Shown one piece after another: positions 49,208 to 63,295 of a stretch of 64,000 nt of DNA. The notes beneath the pieces are model-generated. The model was not told the DNA's origin, searched no databases, and was given only the letters and a program-made list of their open reading frames with translations. The position numbers were made by a program, and so were the translations under genes. The stretch is from NCBI RefSeq assembly GCF_963921235.1, contig NC_086097.1, positions 61,630,001 through 61,694,000 of the forward strand, read 5' to 3'. How positions within the stretch are numbered: the stretch's first letter is position 1; the number at the start of each line of letters is the position of its first letter. This DNA is from Mobula hypostoma (taxonomy: Eukaryota).

Positions 49208-49432
49208 TCCTGCCGAAGGGTTTCGGCCTGAAACGTCGACTGTACTTTTTCCCATTGTTGATGCCTGGCCTGCGGAGCTCATAGTCATAGTCATACTTTA
49301 TTGATCCTGGGGAAAATTGGTTTTCGTTACAGTTGCACCATAAATAATTAAATAGTAATTAAAACCATAAATAGTTAAATAGTAATATGTAAATTATGCC
49401 AGGAGTTCCTCCAGCATTTTGTGTGTGTTGCT
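49208..49432 (+). mobile_element. PLE terminal repeat with hammerhead-like motif, interrupted by a minus-strand LINE 3' tail (~49280-49401)
   Basis: CTGCCGA-AGGGTTTCGGCCT-GAAACGTC-GACT at 49210-49241; the insert starts CATAGTCATAGTCATACTTTATT. Confidence 0.75.
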
Positions 49433-50939
49433 TTTCAAACCTGAGGCTTGGCAGATGGGTCCTTGCTGATCTTATTACCCAAATAAAATAGATTAGAAGA
49501 ACCTGTGTTGCTTTTTGCCTGCACTATCCACTGGAAATATGTGTGGCAAGAGCAGGAGATACTTAACACATTTGCTTCCTAATATACCAATGTAGATCTT
49601 ATGTACATCAGACAGATTGATCTAACACTTTGCTTAAGGTGGTGGTCTTGACCACTCAGCAATGTGCTCTGAAGAATATAGCATCTGTCATTGTGTTGTT
49701 GGGTGAGGGGCAGCATGCTACTTGGTAGATGACTGTCTTGTTTTATTTTTGCTTTGGATGGGTGTATTGTATTAAATTTTGTAAAACATTGAATGAATGT
49801 CTGAGCACTTCAAGATGACAATTTAACTCCTTGTGAGGTCACAGCATGTAGAGTGTCTGCATAAGGTAAACGCTGTAGGTCTGTTAAGGCCTAATGTTTG
49901 TTGACAGTAGTTAGATCCCTTCTAGTCTCAGGCACCATTAACACGAGAATGTCTGTTCATTGCTAAATGTCATTTGGTTTGCCCATTACAATGGCTAGTG
50001 TTGTAACTCAACATGTATTGAATAGAAAATCCAGCTGACATCAATCGACTGGAAAACGGGGCAGAGTAGGTGAACTGTAAGTGAGATTTGTGTCTTCATA
50101 CACTTGGATTTGTTTTCTTACACTTTTAACTGATAAGTTTGATTATGATTTATATGTCAGTTCTGAAACACTCAAATCTCACATTTTTTTAAATTACTTT
50201 CAGGCATTTCATGCAAAGGACCACATTTTCAGGAGCACACTTCCTGAAGCTCACGGAAAATTGAATTCACTTTTTGAGTATTAAATTAGTCAGTTGATTT
50301 CATTAGGACAGCGGAGTCGGCGATCCTGCAGTCAACAAATACCAAGATCTTTGATTATATGTGATATATGAAATACTTCAATATACTTTCTATTATATTC
50401 AAAGGATTATAGTTGTATCAATGATCAATTACCCTTCTACAGAAGCTGCTGCACAAGTGGAAAAGCAATTTTTCTAATGACACCTGTAAATGGCTGTGCA
50501 AGATTGAGCAAATCCTTTCTCTTGAACAGGTTGCTTTGTGGTTATTGCTGCTTGCCTCATCTTTCTCTTTAAATATGTGTATGCACATAAATGTATTAAT
50601 TCCATTCTGTTGCTCTCTAGAATGGATGCACCAAGCTGGAGAGATGAATTAACATAGCTGCTTTTTGTCTCATAAGCTACCAGGCATTAGCAATTCAGTT
50701 GTGAAGACACAGTTTCCAGGAACGCTCATATTGTTCAAATGACTGGAGCATTCAGCAATGGTCTGGTGATCATCAGAAAGCATTATTTGGCAATTTTTCA
50801 CATGGTTTAATTACCTCTGATTATCATAAAAATCTAGATTGGAATGCTGTCTATAACATATCACAAAACACTTTAAAAGCAGGCAAAAGTTATATATTAT
50901 CTTACAAAATGCTACATAAAATAACATTTTTCATTCTTG

Positions 50940-51085
50940 GCAGTTCAGGCAAGAACTGTGGAGAGAAAAACAAAAATTAAAATTTCAGCTCAATGACATT
51001 TCAATGACCTGAAATATTAATTTTGTTTCTTTCTGTACAGAAGCTGCCTAACCTGCTGAGTATTTTCAGCATTTCCTGTTTCAAT
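50940..51085. mobile_element. Ancient fold-back PLE-terminus copy
   Basis: CTGTGGAGAGAAAAACAAAAATTAAAATTTCAG...CTGAAATATTAATTTTGTTTCTTTCTGTACAG inverted arms. Confidence 0.55.
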
Positions 51086-51280
51086 TTTGCAATATTCTAG
51101 TTTTCAATTTTCTATACATCTAAAATTTATTAAGATGCTTATTTAATGTTACTAATAATACAAAGGGAAAGGGACACTGTTTTTCACAGGATCAATATCC
51201 TCCAATACATTTCAGGGTTTATGAACAAAGATGTTTATAGCTGTTGTCCAAACTGATACAAAGTGGATCAATATATTTTG

Positions 51281-51660
51281 GAACACACACTAAATACTGG
51301 AGGAACTCCGCAGGTTAGGCAGCATCTATGGAAATAAATAAATAGAAAACATCTTGAGCCAAGACTCTTCTTCAGGACTGAGAAGGAAAGCGGAAGATGC
51401 CAGAATAAAAAGATGAGGGGACGAGAAAGATGCTGGCTAGAAGTTGATAGATGAAGCCAGGTGGGTGGGAAAGGTCAAAGGCTGGAGAAGAAAAAACTCT
51501 GATTGGAGAGGAGATTGGACCATTGGAGAAAGGGAAGGAGGAGGGGACCTAGGGGGAAGTAATAGGTAGGTGAGGGTGAGAAGAAATAAAAGGTCAGAGT
51601 TGGGAATAGAAGAAGCAGGGGAATGGGGGAATTTGTTTATCAGAAGGAGAAATCAATATA
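51281..51660 (-). mobile_element. PLE 3' terminal region
   Basis: Recurring terminal repeat followed by the purine-rich (plus-strand) 3' UTR. Confidence 0.7.
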
Positions 51661-53329
51661 TATTGATCCACTATGCATTACTTTGGACAGCAACCATAAT
51701 CATGGTATTCATAGTGCAAAGCAAGGTTGCCAAAACAGCACTGGCAAAATAACTTATTTAAAGTTCAAAGTAAATTTACTATAAAGTATGTATACTATAT
51801 ACAACCTTGAGGTTCATTACAAATACTTGTACTGATATACTGATGCTTGTGGAAGGATAAATATTGATCACATCACCCGAAGCGCTCTCCTGCTATTAAA
51901 TGAAAAATAATCTGAGACAGCAATCAGGGTCTCAAGTCAGCCTCCCATCCAAATGATAGCACCTTCAACACTCAAGCATCGTCTCAGTTTGCCAGCTTAA
52001 TTGGTGAAAATCAAGGTTAAACCTGTTGCTTTCTGAACTGGTGGATTGTTGATTAACAGATAATAAGGGAATATTTGCTCAGGTTTAGTCCTACAGAGCA
52101 TTTCATGTGTACTACATTATATTGTTTTTTGTTCGTTAACTACTTATCATTTTAACAGACGCACATTACTTCATTTTCTTCACTAACAGAATTCTTTATC
52201 ATACTTTACAAAACCCATCGGGAGACAAATACTGCATTCGGTATAAAAGGGAAAATGGGAGAAAAATAGAACTTTCCAGGGACTTGCATCATTCTATTAG
52301 TTCTTGTGGTGCTTTTGGGATTTTACAATCAATTTATTGCTGTAAAGTGTTTCTTTCTCGCCCTCATTGCACATAAAATGGGAAAAAAAAAATTCTTTGG
52401 GTGGTAGCATTTTGTTATCGTGTCATTTTAATAGCAATGATAATTCATGTTATCCAAAATAGTGATAATAAAGCTGATTCTGATTAATAAGGCCATAATC
52501 ACAAATCATATTTTTCTGTTGGCTGATAGATCTGCTGAATAAATGCATCATGAAACCTCTTTCTAAAACAACATCCAGTGATAAAACTGCAGATAAAAAG
52601 ATAGTAGGCTCACTTGTGGTCTTTTAATCGTGTTGTAAATTTATGTGGGGGAGAAAATGATAAGACAAACTTACTTCATTATTTTCTCATTATTTTCCAT
52701 GCCATCGAGAATTTCATTTCCTTTAACATGCCTTTCACATTTATAGTACAGAACAGAATAAGGCAGCAGTCTGAAAAGTGGAGTAAGTGGAGGAGAGCTG
52801 AGGGCAAGGAGGAGGCAAACTGTCTGAATTTACAAGGTCAGTAAAGGGTAGTACATTTGTCCATTCTGGTGTGTTAACAATATGAACAATGAACCACTAG
52901 AAAGTATACATACAAATATAATAAAAAGGCTGTAGCCAGAGTGGAGGAATCAAATTCTTCGTTATTCAGCAATAATTAGTAACTCGGTGGTAACACCGAG
53001 GGAGAGAGAATAATTTCTGTTTCACTCAGTTTCCACTGGTGCTTGAAAGTAAGTTATAGCTGATCAAAATGTAGTCGCCAAAAAAGTATTGATTTACCGC
53101 TGGTTGTGACAGGAAGCACGTATGGGATATGCTCAGTATTCTACTAATGTGGTCAAGGGTCCAGCATCATTTTGTCTGCAAACATTAACAGTGCTGGTTC
53201 CTATTCCTGTTCACAAGCCATGGATATTTCTGGATAAATAGACCAACACTCTCAATAATGTTCAATGACATCCCCAGTTATTTTCAGCTAAAATAAGTGG
53301 ATAGTTTTGGAGTCATTCTGAAAATTACT

Positions 53330-53640
53330 ATAAGACCATAAGACATAGGAGCAGAATTAGACCATTCATTCCATTGAGTCTGCACTGACATTCCATCACA
53401 GCTGATCCCAGATCCCACTCAACCCCATCCACCAATCATCTCACCATATACTTCAATGCCCTGACCAATCAGGAAATGATCAACTTCTGCCTTAAAATAC
53501 CCACAGACTTGGCCTCCACCGCAGTCTGTGGCAGAGCATTCCACAGATTCACTATTCACTAGCTAAAATATTCCTCCTTACCTCTGTTCTAAAAGGTTGC
53601 CCCTCAGTTTTGAGGCTGTGCCCTCTAGTTCTGGAATACT
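53330..53640 (-). mobile_element. CR1 3' fragment
   Basis: ATAAGACCATAAGACATAGGAGCAGAATTAG tail; same family as 55130-56170 in the opposite orientation. Confidence 0.85.
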
Positions 53641-55129
53641 AGCAATAATGTATATATTGTAGCCACTAGATATTGGGCATTTACGGATATTAGTAGGTTT
53701 TAATGACATGACCATGTGGAAGAGGCATTTCAGGTGTATTAGAAATGACATAAGGGACCAGAGCAAGAAGGAGTCATAAATAGAGGAGTTGATTTATAAT
53801 GCCAGAAGGATCATCTCTTGCGAAGGAAATGTTCTTCTTGGAATTCCTGGTGAAGACATTACATTACATTTATTTCCTTATTCTGAGATAAATTTTATGG
53901 CATAGTTGTGGGATTGCCAAGAAACAATCCAATCAACATCACATCGCTATTTGTAAGAGAGAGTTCTTCATGCAGTTTTGGGAATTTGGTTATCCATATT
54001 CAAAATGACATTGCTTCAAAAGTACTCTTTTCACTATAAAGTATTTTGAAGCATGTTGAGATAATATATAAATAGAAATCTTTGCTTAATTTGGCCGTAA
54101 AAAAAACCTTATTATGCCTTAAGCTATCTCTTTATGTAAAGGTGCATATTTTCAAATCACTAACGAGCAAGCGACTAAGAGTAGGTTTCATTGTACAATG
54201 TAAACAACATAAGAAATGTAGGCAGTTATATCAATTAAATTATTAAGCAATTTCTATAATCATATTCTGCAACGTATGTATAATTTGGGGACTCACACCA
54301 ATGGTGAGGAACAAACTGCCTTTTATAATACTTATTACCCTTCAGAAAGTCAGAACATTTTTCAGAGAAGTAAAATTTATTTTCTCCAGTTGAAGTTGCC
54401 AGATGTTATACAGACACTCTTACAAACAATAACCGTAACTTAGTAGATTTATTTTGAACTTATTTAACTTAATTGAATACTATTGTTGCTTCACACTGTC
54501 AGGTCCAATAGACTTAGCACAACCAGTTGAGTTGCCATTGTTCTGTTCAAAGTTAATTTGTGGAGTAAAAAGGTAATTAAATTAGCTTGTATTTTTTTTC
54601 CAGTTTGAGAGCTGTATTGTAGTGCACAGACGATCATGCATAAAGTGATTTCTCAGGTATCCAAGGCACAATGAACAATAATCCCTTAAGTCCCCACTTA
54701 TGAGCCAATGCAGTTCTGTGAAATAATATAATATCTAACAGTAATGAAGAGATTCTATATGAGTGACTTATATTTCCTTAAGGTTTCATTGGAAATAATT
54801 TGCATAAGACATGAGCAGGTAACAATGAACCTTTGACGTCTAAAAACAATGGACTGGAAATTGCGTGAGCATTTTTACAGTTTTTTCAAATTAAAAGTTT
54901 TGAAAAATAAAATTTGATGAGGTAAGAAACTCATTATTGCTGCAATACAGCTTGTTTTACACTGAAGTCCAATGTCACATTTATGCCCTCGACACAAAGC
55001 AGATCAAATTACCAAACGGTATCTTAGGACCAACAGTCCATGAGGGAAAATATAGATACTGCATTTAAAGTACTTAAGACTAGCTATCTTCTTTCTATTC
55101 AAAACAGCATCAAAAGTGTGGTCTTCCTC

Positions 55130-56170
55130 ATGGCTGTCGGTGACTCGTGGTGTTCCTCAGGGGTCAGTATTGTGACCGCTGCTTTTCACATTGTTTGTCA
55201 ATGATTTAGATAGTGGAATTGATGGCTTTGTGGCAAAGTTTATGGATGATATGAAAATAGGTGAAGGGGTAAGTAGTGCTGAGGAAGCAATGTGATTGCA
55301 ACAAGACTTGGGTAAATTGGAAGAATAGGCAAAAAGTGGCAGATGGAATACAATGCTGGGAAATGTATGATAATGCGTTTTGGTAAAAGGAACAAGAGTG
55401 CAGACTATTATCTAAATGGGGAAAAAGTTCAAACATCAGAGGTGCAGAGGGACTTAGGAGTCCTTGTGCAAGAATCCCAGAAGGTTAATTTACAGGTTGA
55501 GTATGTGATAAAGAAGGCAAATGCAATCTTGGTATTTATTTCAAGGGGAATAGAACATAAAAACAAGGAGGTAATGCTGAGCCTTAATAAGACACTAGTC
55601 AGGCCACATTTAGAGTATTGTCAACAATTTTGGGCCCCATATCATACAAAGGTTGTGTTGTTATTGGAGAGAGTCCAGACAAGGTTCACTAGGATGATTC
55701 TGGAAATGAAAGGGTTTATATATGAGGAGCATTTGACAGCTTTGGCCCTGTACTCACTTAAATTTAGAAGAACGTTGGGGGATCTCATTGAAACCTACCA
55801 TATGTTGAAAAGTCTAGACAGGATGGATGTGGAAGAATGTTTCCTATGGTGGGGGTATCCAGAACTAAAGGGCACAGTCTCAAAACTGAAAGGTGACCCT
55901 TTAGAACAGAGGTAAGGAGGAAAATTTTTAGCCAGAGAGTAGTAAATCTGTGGAATCATCCACAGACTGCAGTGAAGGTCAAGTCTGTGTGTATATTTAA
56001 GGCAGAATTTGATCATTTCCTAATCAGTCAGGTCATCAGAGGATATGGCAAGAAGACAGGTGTGTGGGGTTGAGTGGGATACGAGATCAGCCATGATGGA
56101 ATGGTGGAGCAGACACAATGGAATGAGTGGCCTAATTGTGCTCCCATGTCTTATGGTCCAATGGTCTTAC
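55130..56170 (+). mobile_element. 5'-truncated CR1 LINE
   Basis: GVPQGSVL, ORF 55343-55915 with LVRPHLEYCQQFWAPY, and a tail. Confidence 0.92.
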
Positions 56171-56371
56171 CGTCTTCTCCTGCCCTGTCTCCATGATGCC
56201 CCCTGACATTTTTCTCTCTAGGACATTGTTTCAGCAAGTGATCATTGATGACTTAAAATATCATATCATTGAGGAATATGCCTTCCATTAGGATACCTCT
56301 TTCCACCGTTCTATTTATCCTTCCATGTTTTCAGATAAACCACCATGATGTACAGCACATTTTATTAAAGT

Positions 56372-56733
56372 TCAAACACAGGAGATGCTGCAGATTATTG
56401 AAATCTTAAGCAACACACACAACATGCTGGAGGAATTCAGAAGGTCAGGCAGCATCTGTGGAGGAAAATGAGCAGTCAACGTTTTGGGCTGAGATCCTTT
56501 ATTAAGCCTGGAAAGGAAGGGTGAGGATTCCTTCACACCTTCCGCTTCCACTGATCAACTCCCAGCTACTTGCTTTATTCCCACTCCCACTCTCCTGCCA
56601 GCTTGTACTTCCCTTCTCTCCAACTTCTTCTCCCTTCCTTTCCAGTCGTGATGAAAGATCTTGGCTGAAAAAGGTTTGGCCTGCTTAGTCATTTCCCTCC
56701 ATGCTGCCTGACTGCTGATTTCCTCCAGCATTT
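56372..56733. mobile_element. Inverted (antisense + sense) PLE-terminus insertion
   Basis: Antisense terminus 56372-~56526 and sense terminus ~56530-56733. Candidate TSD CATTTTATT(A/G)AAG at 56358-56370 and 56729-56741. Confidence 0.7.
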
Positions 56734-57314
56734 TATTGAAGCGTTTTTTTTAATGTCAAGTCAATTGGTAAAGAAGTCTAATTATGCTCTTGTGATGTAT
56801 TTCAAGATGTTTTATTATTGTATATGACTTAAAATTGTTGTTGATGTTGTGTTCACACGTTCCTTTCAGAGATACTTTCTGAAATATTTATTCAGTTCAG
56901 TGTGCAAATAAGTAGGTCAGTGAGCTTTCATCCTTCTGACACAGTGTCTTCATGTTTTGCTGAGATTGCTATATTGCTGAGTTTTGACAGTCCTTTGTTG
57001 TCTCTTTGGCTTATTTGTGTATATCTTGTCTCAAAATATTGGGAATGATTCCAAATGAAGGACATACTTTCACGTCAAAAGGTGGAATTGATAAATATGA
57101 ATCAAAAGGGATATTCATAGCTGACTTGAGTCAAGTAATGCACTCAAATAAATCAATATGCAAAAATTATATTTTATATTTCTATTAAGTGTGGAATTTA
57201 AATCATTTCATATGAACCTTTCATTTTGTGGAATATCATTTTTACAGCAACATATTGCTTCGATGGGCCAACACCAGTTAGTAAAGTAATACATCATTAA
57301 ATTACTGTCCACTG

Positions 57315-60300
57315 ACACTGGGGGAAGCCTGTGGCTCAGAAGGGTAGGGAAAGGAAGAGGATGGCAGCAGTGACAGGGCACTCCATAGTTAGGGGGTGAG
57401 GCAGGAAATTCTGTGGACGCAGGAAAGAAACTCGGATGGTAGTTTGCCTCCCAAGTGCCAGGGTCCAGGATGATTCTAATCACATCCACGATATCCTGAA
57501 GTGGGAAGGAAAACAGCCAGAGGTCGTGGCACATATTGGTACCAATGACATAGGTAGGAAAAGGGAGGAGATCCTGAAAACAGACTACAGGGAGTTAGGA
57601 AGGAAGTTGAGAAGCAGGACCTTAAAAGTAGTAATCTTGGGATTACTGCCTGTGCCACAGACAGTGAATATAGGAATAGAGTGAGGTGAAGGAGAAATGC
57701 ATGGCTGGGGGATTGGATCTGCAGGCAGGGATTCAGATTTCTGGATCATTAGGACCTCTCTTGGGGCAGGTGTGACCTGAGCTAAAAGGAGGGGTTGCAC
57801 TTGAATCCGTGGGGGACCAATATCCTGGCTGGGAGGTTTGCTAAGGCTATTGGGGAGAGTTTAATCTAGAATCACTGGGGGGGGGAGGGGAAACCAAACT
57901 GAAGAGATGGAGGAAGGGGCGGTTGGCTTACAAATAGAGAAATCTCGTAGACAGTGAGAAAGGGAGGATAGGCAGGTGATAGAGAAGGGATGCATTCAGA
58001 CTGATGGTTTGAGATGTGTCTATTTTAATGCAAGCAGTATTATGAACAAAGCAAATGAGCTTAGAGTGTGGATCAGTACTTGGAGCTGTGACATTGTGGC
58101 TATTACAGAGACTTGGATGGCTCAGGGGCAGGAATAGTTATTTAGAGTGCCAGGTTTTAGATGTTTCAGAAAGGATAGGGAGGGAAGCAAAAGAGGTGAG
58201 GGCATGGCACTGCTGATCAGAGGCAGAGTCACAGTTGCAGTAAAGGAGGAATTCATGGAGGGATTGTCTACGGAGTCTCTGGGTGGAAATTAGGAACAGG
58301 AAAGGGTCAATAACTCTACTCTTTTATAGACCACCCAATAGAAACAGGGGCATCGAGGAGCAGATAGGGAGACAGATTCTGGAAAGGTGAAATAATAGCA
58401 GAGTTGTTGTGGTGGGAGATGTTAATTTCTCAAATATTGATTAGCATCTCCCTAGAACAAGGGGTTTAGATGGGATGGAGTTTGTTAGGTGTATTCAGGA
58501 AGGTTTCTTAACACAATATGTAGATAAGCCTACAAGAGGAGAGGCTGTACTTGATCTGGTATTGGGAAATGAACCTGGTCAGGAGTCAGGTCTCTTAGTG
58601 GGAGAACGTTTTGGAGATAGAATTGTGATCACTATCTCCTTTACCATAGCATTGGAGAGGGATAGGAACAGACAAGTTAGAAAAGTGTTTAATTGGAGTA
58701 AGGGGAAATATGAGGCTGTCAGGCAGGAACTTGGAGGCATAAATTCGGAACTGATGTTCTCAGGGAAATGTACGGCAGAAATGTGGCAAATGTTCAGGGG
58801 ACGTTTTCATGGAGTTCTGCATAGGTATATTCCAAATAGACAGGGAGAGGATGGTAGGGTACAGGAACTGTGGTGTACAAAGCTTGTTGTAAATTCTAGT
58901 CAAGAAGTAAAGAAAAGCTTATGAAAGGTTGGAAAAAACTAGGTAGTGGTAGATATCTAGAAGATTATAAGGCTTGCAGGAAGGAGTTTAAGAATGAAAT
59001 TAGGAGAGCCAGAAGGGACCATGAAAAGGCCTTGGTGGACAGGATTAAAGAAAACCCCAAGGCATTCTACAAGTATGTGAAGAGTAAGAGGATAAGATGT
59101 GAGAGAATAGGACCAATCAAGTGTGACAATACAAAAGTGTGTATGGAACCGGAGGAGATAGCAGAGATATTTAATGAATACTTTGCTTCAGTATTCACTG
59201 CAGAAAATTATCTTGGCGATTGTAGGGATGACTTGCAGCGGACCCAAAAAGCTTGAGCATAGAGATACTAAGAAAAAGGATGTGCTGGAGCTTTTGGAAA
59301 GCATCAAGTTGGATAAGCCACCGGAACTGTAGGAGATGTATCCCAGTCTACTGTGGGAGGTGAGGGAGGAGATTGCTGAGCCTCTGGCGATGTTCTTTAT
59401 GTCATCGTTGGGGACGGAAGGGGTTCCGGAGGATTAGAGGGTTGTGGATGTTGTTCCAATTATTCAAGAAAGGGAGTAGGGATAGCCCAGGAAATTATAG
59501 ACCAGTGAGTCTTACTTCAGTAGTTGGTAAGTTGATAGAGAAAATCCTGAGAGGCAGGACTTATGAACATTTGAAGAGGCATAACATGAATAGAAATAGT
59601 CAGCATGACTTTGTCAAAGGCAGGTCGTGCCTTATGAGCCTGATTGAACTCTCTGAGGATGTAACTAAACATATAGATGAAGGAAGAGCAGTCGATGTAG
59701 TGTATGTGGATTTCAGCAAGGCATTTTATAAGGTACCCCATGCAAGGCTTATTGAGAAAGTAAGGAGGCATGGCACCCAAGGGGACATTGCTTTGTGGAT
59801 TCAGAATTGCCTTGCCCACAGAAGGCAAAGAGTAGTTGTAGATGGGTTATATTCTGCATGGAGGTTGGTGACGAGCGGTGTGCCTCAGGGATCTGTTCTG
59901 GGACCGCTTCTCTTTTTGATTTTTATAAATGACCTAGATGAGGAAGTGGAGGGCTGGGTTAGTAAATTTGCTGATGACACAAAGGATAGTGTGGAGGGCT
60001 GTCGGAGGTTACAGAGGAACATTGATAGGATGCAAAACTGGGCTGAGAAGTGGCAACTGGAGTTTAATCCAGATAAGTGTGAGGTGGTTCACTTTGGTAC
60101 ATCAAATATGATAGCAGACTATAATATTAATGATAAGACTCTTGGCAGTGTGGAGGATCAGAAGGATCTTGGGGTCCAAGTCCATAGGACACTCAGAGCA
60201 GCTACACAGGTTGCCTCTGTGGTTAAGAAGGTATTCCGTGCATTTGCCTTAATCAACCATGGGATAGAGTTTAGGAGCCGAGAGGTAATGTTGCAGCTAT

Positions 60301-60866
60301 ATAGGACACTGGTCGGACCCCACTTGGAGCACTGTGCTCAGTTCTGGTTGCCTCACTGCAGGAAGGATGTGGAAACCATAGAATGGGTGCAGAAGAGATT
60401 TAAAAGGATGTTGCCTGGATTGGGGAGCATGCCTTATGAGAATAGGTTTAGTGAACACAGCCTTTTCTCCTTGGAGCGACAAGAGGATGAGAGGTGATCT
60501 GATTGAGTTGTATAAGATGATGAGAGGCATTGATTGTGTGGATAGCCAGAGGCCTTTTCCCAGGGCAGGAATGGCTAACAAGAGAGTGCACAGTTTTAAG
60601 ATGCTTGGAAGCAGGAACAGAGGAGATGTCAAGGGTAAGTTTTTTTATGCAGAGAGTGGTGAGTGAGTGGAATGGGCTGCCGGCGGTGGTGGTGGTGGAG
60701 GCGGATATTATAGGGTCTTTTAAGAGACTCCTGGATAGGAACATGGCGCTTAGAAAAATAGAGGGCTATGGGTAACCCTAGGGTAATTTCTAAGGAAGGA
60801 CATGTTCGGCACAGCATTGTGTGCCAAACGGCCTGTATTGTGCTGTAGCTTTTCTATGTTTCTATG
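57315..60866 (+). mobile_element. Near-full-length degenerate CR1 LINE: ORF1 SGNH-esterase domain, ORF2 APE endonuclease + RT, (TTTCTATG)n tail
   Basis: ORF1 VVCLPSARVQD..VVAHIGTNDIG; EN CVYFNASSI..AITETW..YRPP..VVVGDVN..PTRGEAVLDLV; RT ORF 59373-60497 with PQGSVLGP and FADD. Multiple stops and frameshifts. Confidence 0.96.
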
Positions 60867-61024
60867 ACACATCTACATCTAAGAGTGAATTACTACGCTT
60901 CTTAATGAAAGAATAGAATTGCAAGTTTTGTACAGATATATACAGCAATATTTCTATAAATACCAGAAAGAGATTTCAAAGCAGGTTTGGAGTCACATGA
61001 AGAAACCTGAAATTATTTTACTTC

Positions 61025-61262
61025 ATTTTATTTCGAGATACATCATGGAACAGGCCCTTCGAGTCCAACGAGCCACACCACCCAGCAACCCACCTATTTA
61101 ACACTAGTCTAGTCACAGGGTAACTCACAATGATCAATTAACCCACTGACCAGTATGTTTCTGGACTGTGGGATGAAACCAGAGCACCCAAAGGAAACCC
61201 ACTCATGTACAGTGAGAATGTACAAACTCCTTACAGACAGTGCCAGAATTGCACTCTGACAC
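61025..61262 (-). mobile_element. V-SINE (HE1-like)
   Basis: GGACTGTGGGATGAAACCAGAGCACCCAAAGGAAACCCAC...GAGAATGTACAAACTCCTTACAGACAG. Confidence 0.7.
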
Positions 61263-63224
61263 CCCACGTAGCATCAGGGTCATTTAATGCATGAATTTAT
61301 TTCCTGGGATCCCCACCATGTTGATTAACATGCTTAGTTGCCTAATTAGGAAAGGCTTGATCTTCTGTCAAGTAGTTTTAATAGTGGGGAAAGGGATATA
61401 ATGCTCTAGCGACATAGATGGCTGAGGGATTGTGGTGCACCATTTGGGTTAGATGTAGCACACTTTGCTGATTCTTAGGAGAGGGCGATAGTAGGTGTGG
61501 AATCTGTGGAGTTGTTGAAATCTGTGGAATGGTTTACTAAATTGGCTTGTTAGATGTTATGTAAACTGTACACCCCGCCACCCCCGACCCTGAAGCACCC
61601 ATCTGATAGACTGAGTCTTTCTCCCCTCCATTTCCTACATTGCTTGCTACACTTTCTGAACTTTGTAAAATCTAGTATTTAAAACTGAATATCTTTCCAT
61701 AAAATAGGCTAGGAAAGTCATTTGATATTTTTAAACTTCTGACTTTTCCTGTCAGAAATTCATTATATTTGGGTGTATTAGTATCACTGATAATTGTAAT
61801 TTTCATCTGAACAGCTATAGGATTGTGCATGAATGTTTAATCATGTTAGGTGATTAAAATAACACAACCCTAATCAATGTTTACCTTTGCCCTGACAGAC
61901 TGTGGTACTTGGAATATATCCAGAGACTTTAATTGTTTTTCCAATACATAACATTCAGACTTCCAAATTAAAAGTTAATTTAAGGTTAACTATCACTTGC
62001 AGAAAAGGCTATGGTGACATTGAAATGTTCTAAAATATAATAACTAAAAATATTATGCTAAACTGTGACTGTTGTGTAGGTTAAATAAAAACAGTGACCG
62101 CAATTGGATGTTTCTTACAAATGTTTTGAATGTTGTTTTAATTTCTCTTTCAGCAGTTTAAAATATTGCTATGCATTCTTTTTATTCTCTGGAGGTGTTT
62201 CCTATGTGTGTGGATCACAAATATTTTCCGAAACTGTCACTTACACTACAAGCACTGTAATAGCTAATTTTCTCTGAATAAATCAGAAACAACATCACGG
62301 GCTCCTCACTTATTATTGTACGCACACCACAAATATGTAGGCTGTAGGTTAAACACGGGAATTAACATGTAAATGACAATTACATAACAACCAGTAAAAA
62401 TCTTTACAGAAAAAAAATGATAAAAACATGAGATTATTTAATTTTGTAAACTAACTGGGATAATGTTGGTATGTGGAGTTCACACCTGACTTTTTTTTTC
62501 CTGCAAGTTTTCTGAGGTGAATCTTATTTGCATGTTTTGGACATGTTCCCAACAGAGCTTCCACACATGCTGCAGGTGGATGAAAAATGAGGGTTTCAAA
62601 CCATGGGCACTTTTGCAGAGTGGAACTGGTTGTTTGCAGGGCTTCAGGCTGAGTTGCACCACCTTAGTTACTCTGTATCAGGGGGAAACTTAAATCTTAC
62701 ATGCCTTTAAGCATTCAACAGTGCTACTTGACTTCTATATCATGTTGGCGATGCATAGTTCCAATGTTGCTATGGCAATAAGAAAACAATGTGATTTGCA
62801 CAATCACTTCATCATTGTCAGCCACTCTGGCTATGCCCATTCATATTTGGATGGTCAAATTCAATAAACCTGCTTCACTTTTGCTTACTGTGAGTGATTT
62901 ACATGTCAGTTTCCTGTAAGCTTTGATAGGACATTAACAAATGGAGAGAGAGCCTGATACCATCCAGCTGATGCCTTGGAAATTCTGATGTGCTGGTCAT
63001 ATCTCCAGAGTGGGCCTTCAACCTTTATTAATAGCAAACAAATACTTTTTCAGGCATTTCTTATACAGAATTGAAATGGTTCATTCGTACCCAATCAACT
63101 GCAGGGCAACACTCTTGGTAATGTGGCAACAAAGTCTTCAAAAAATGTGCGAAGAGTATTGCATTTATGGAGAAGAATTAACAGTTATGAAGCTCAGCAC
63201 AAAGCACCAACTATTTAATCTGCT

Positions 63225-63295
63225 CTGCAGATACTGCTCCAGCATTTTGTAGCTGTTTCTCCTGATTTCCAGCATCTGCAGAATCCCTAGTGTCT
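63225..63295 (+). repeat. PLE terminal repeat remnant
   Basis: CTCCAGCATTTTGT...GATTTCCAGCATCTGCAGAATC. Confidence 0.55.

Noticed and set aside
59373..60497. 374-aa RT ORF as a functional gene or active LINE
   Set aside because: Frameshifted at both ends, with a deletion after FADDTK and stops in the EN and ORF1 regions.
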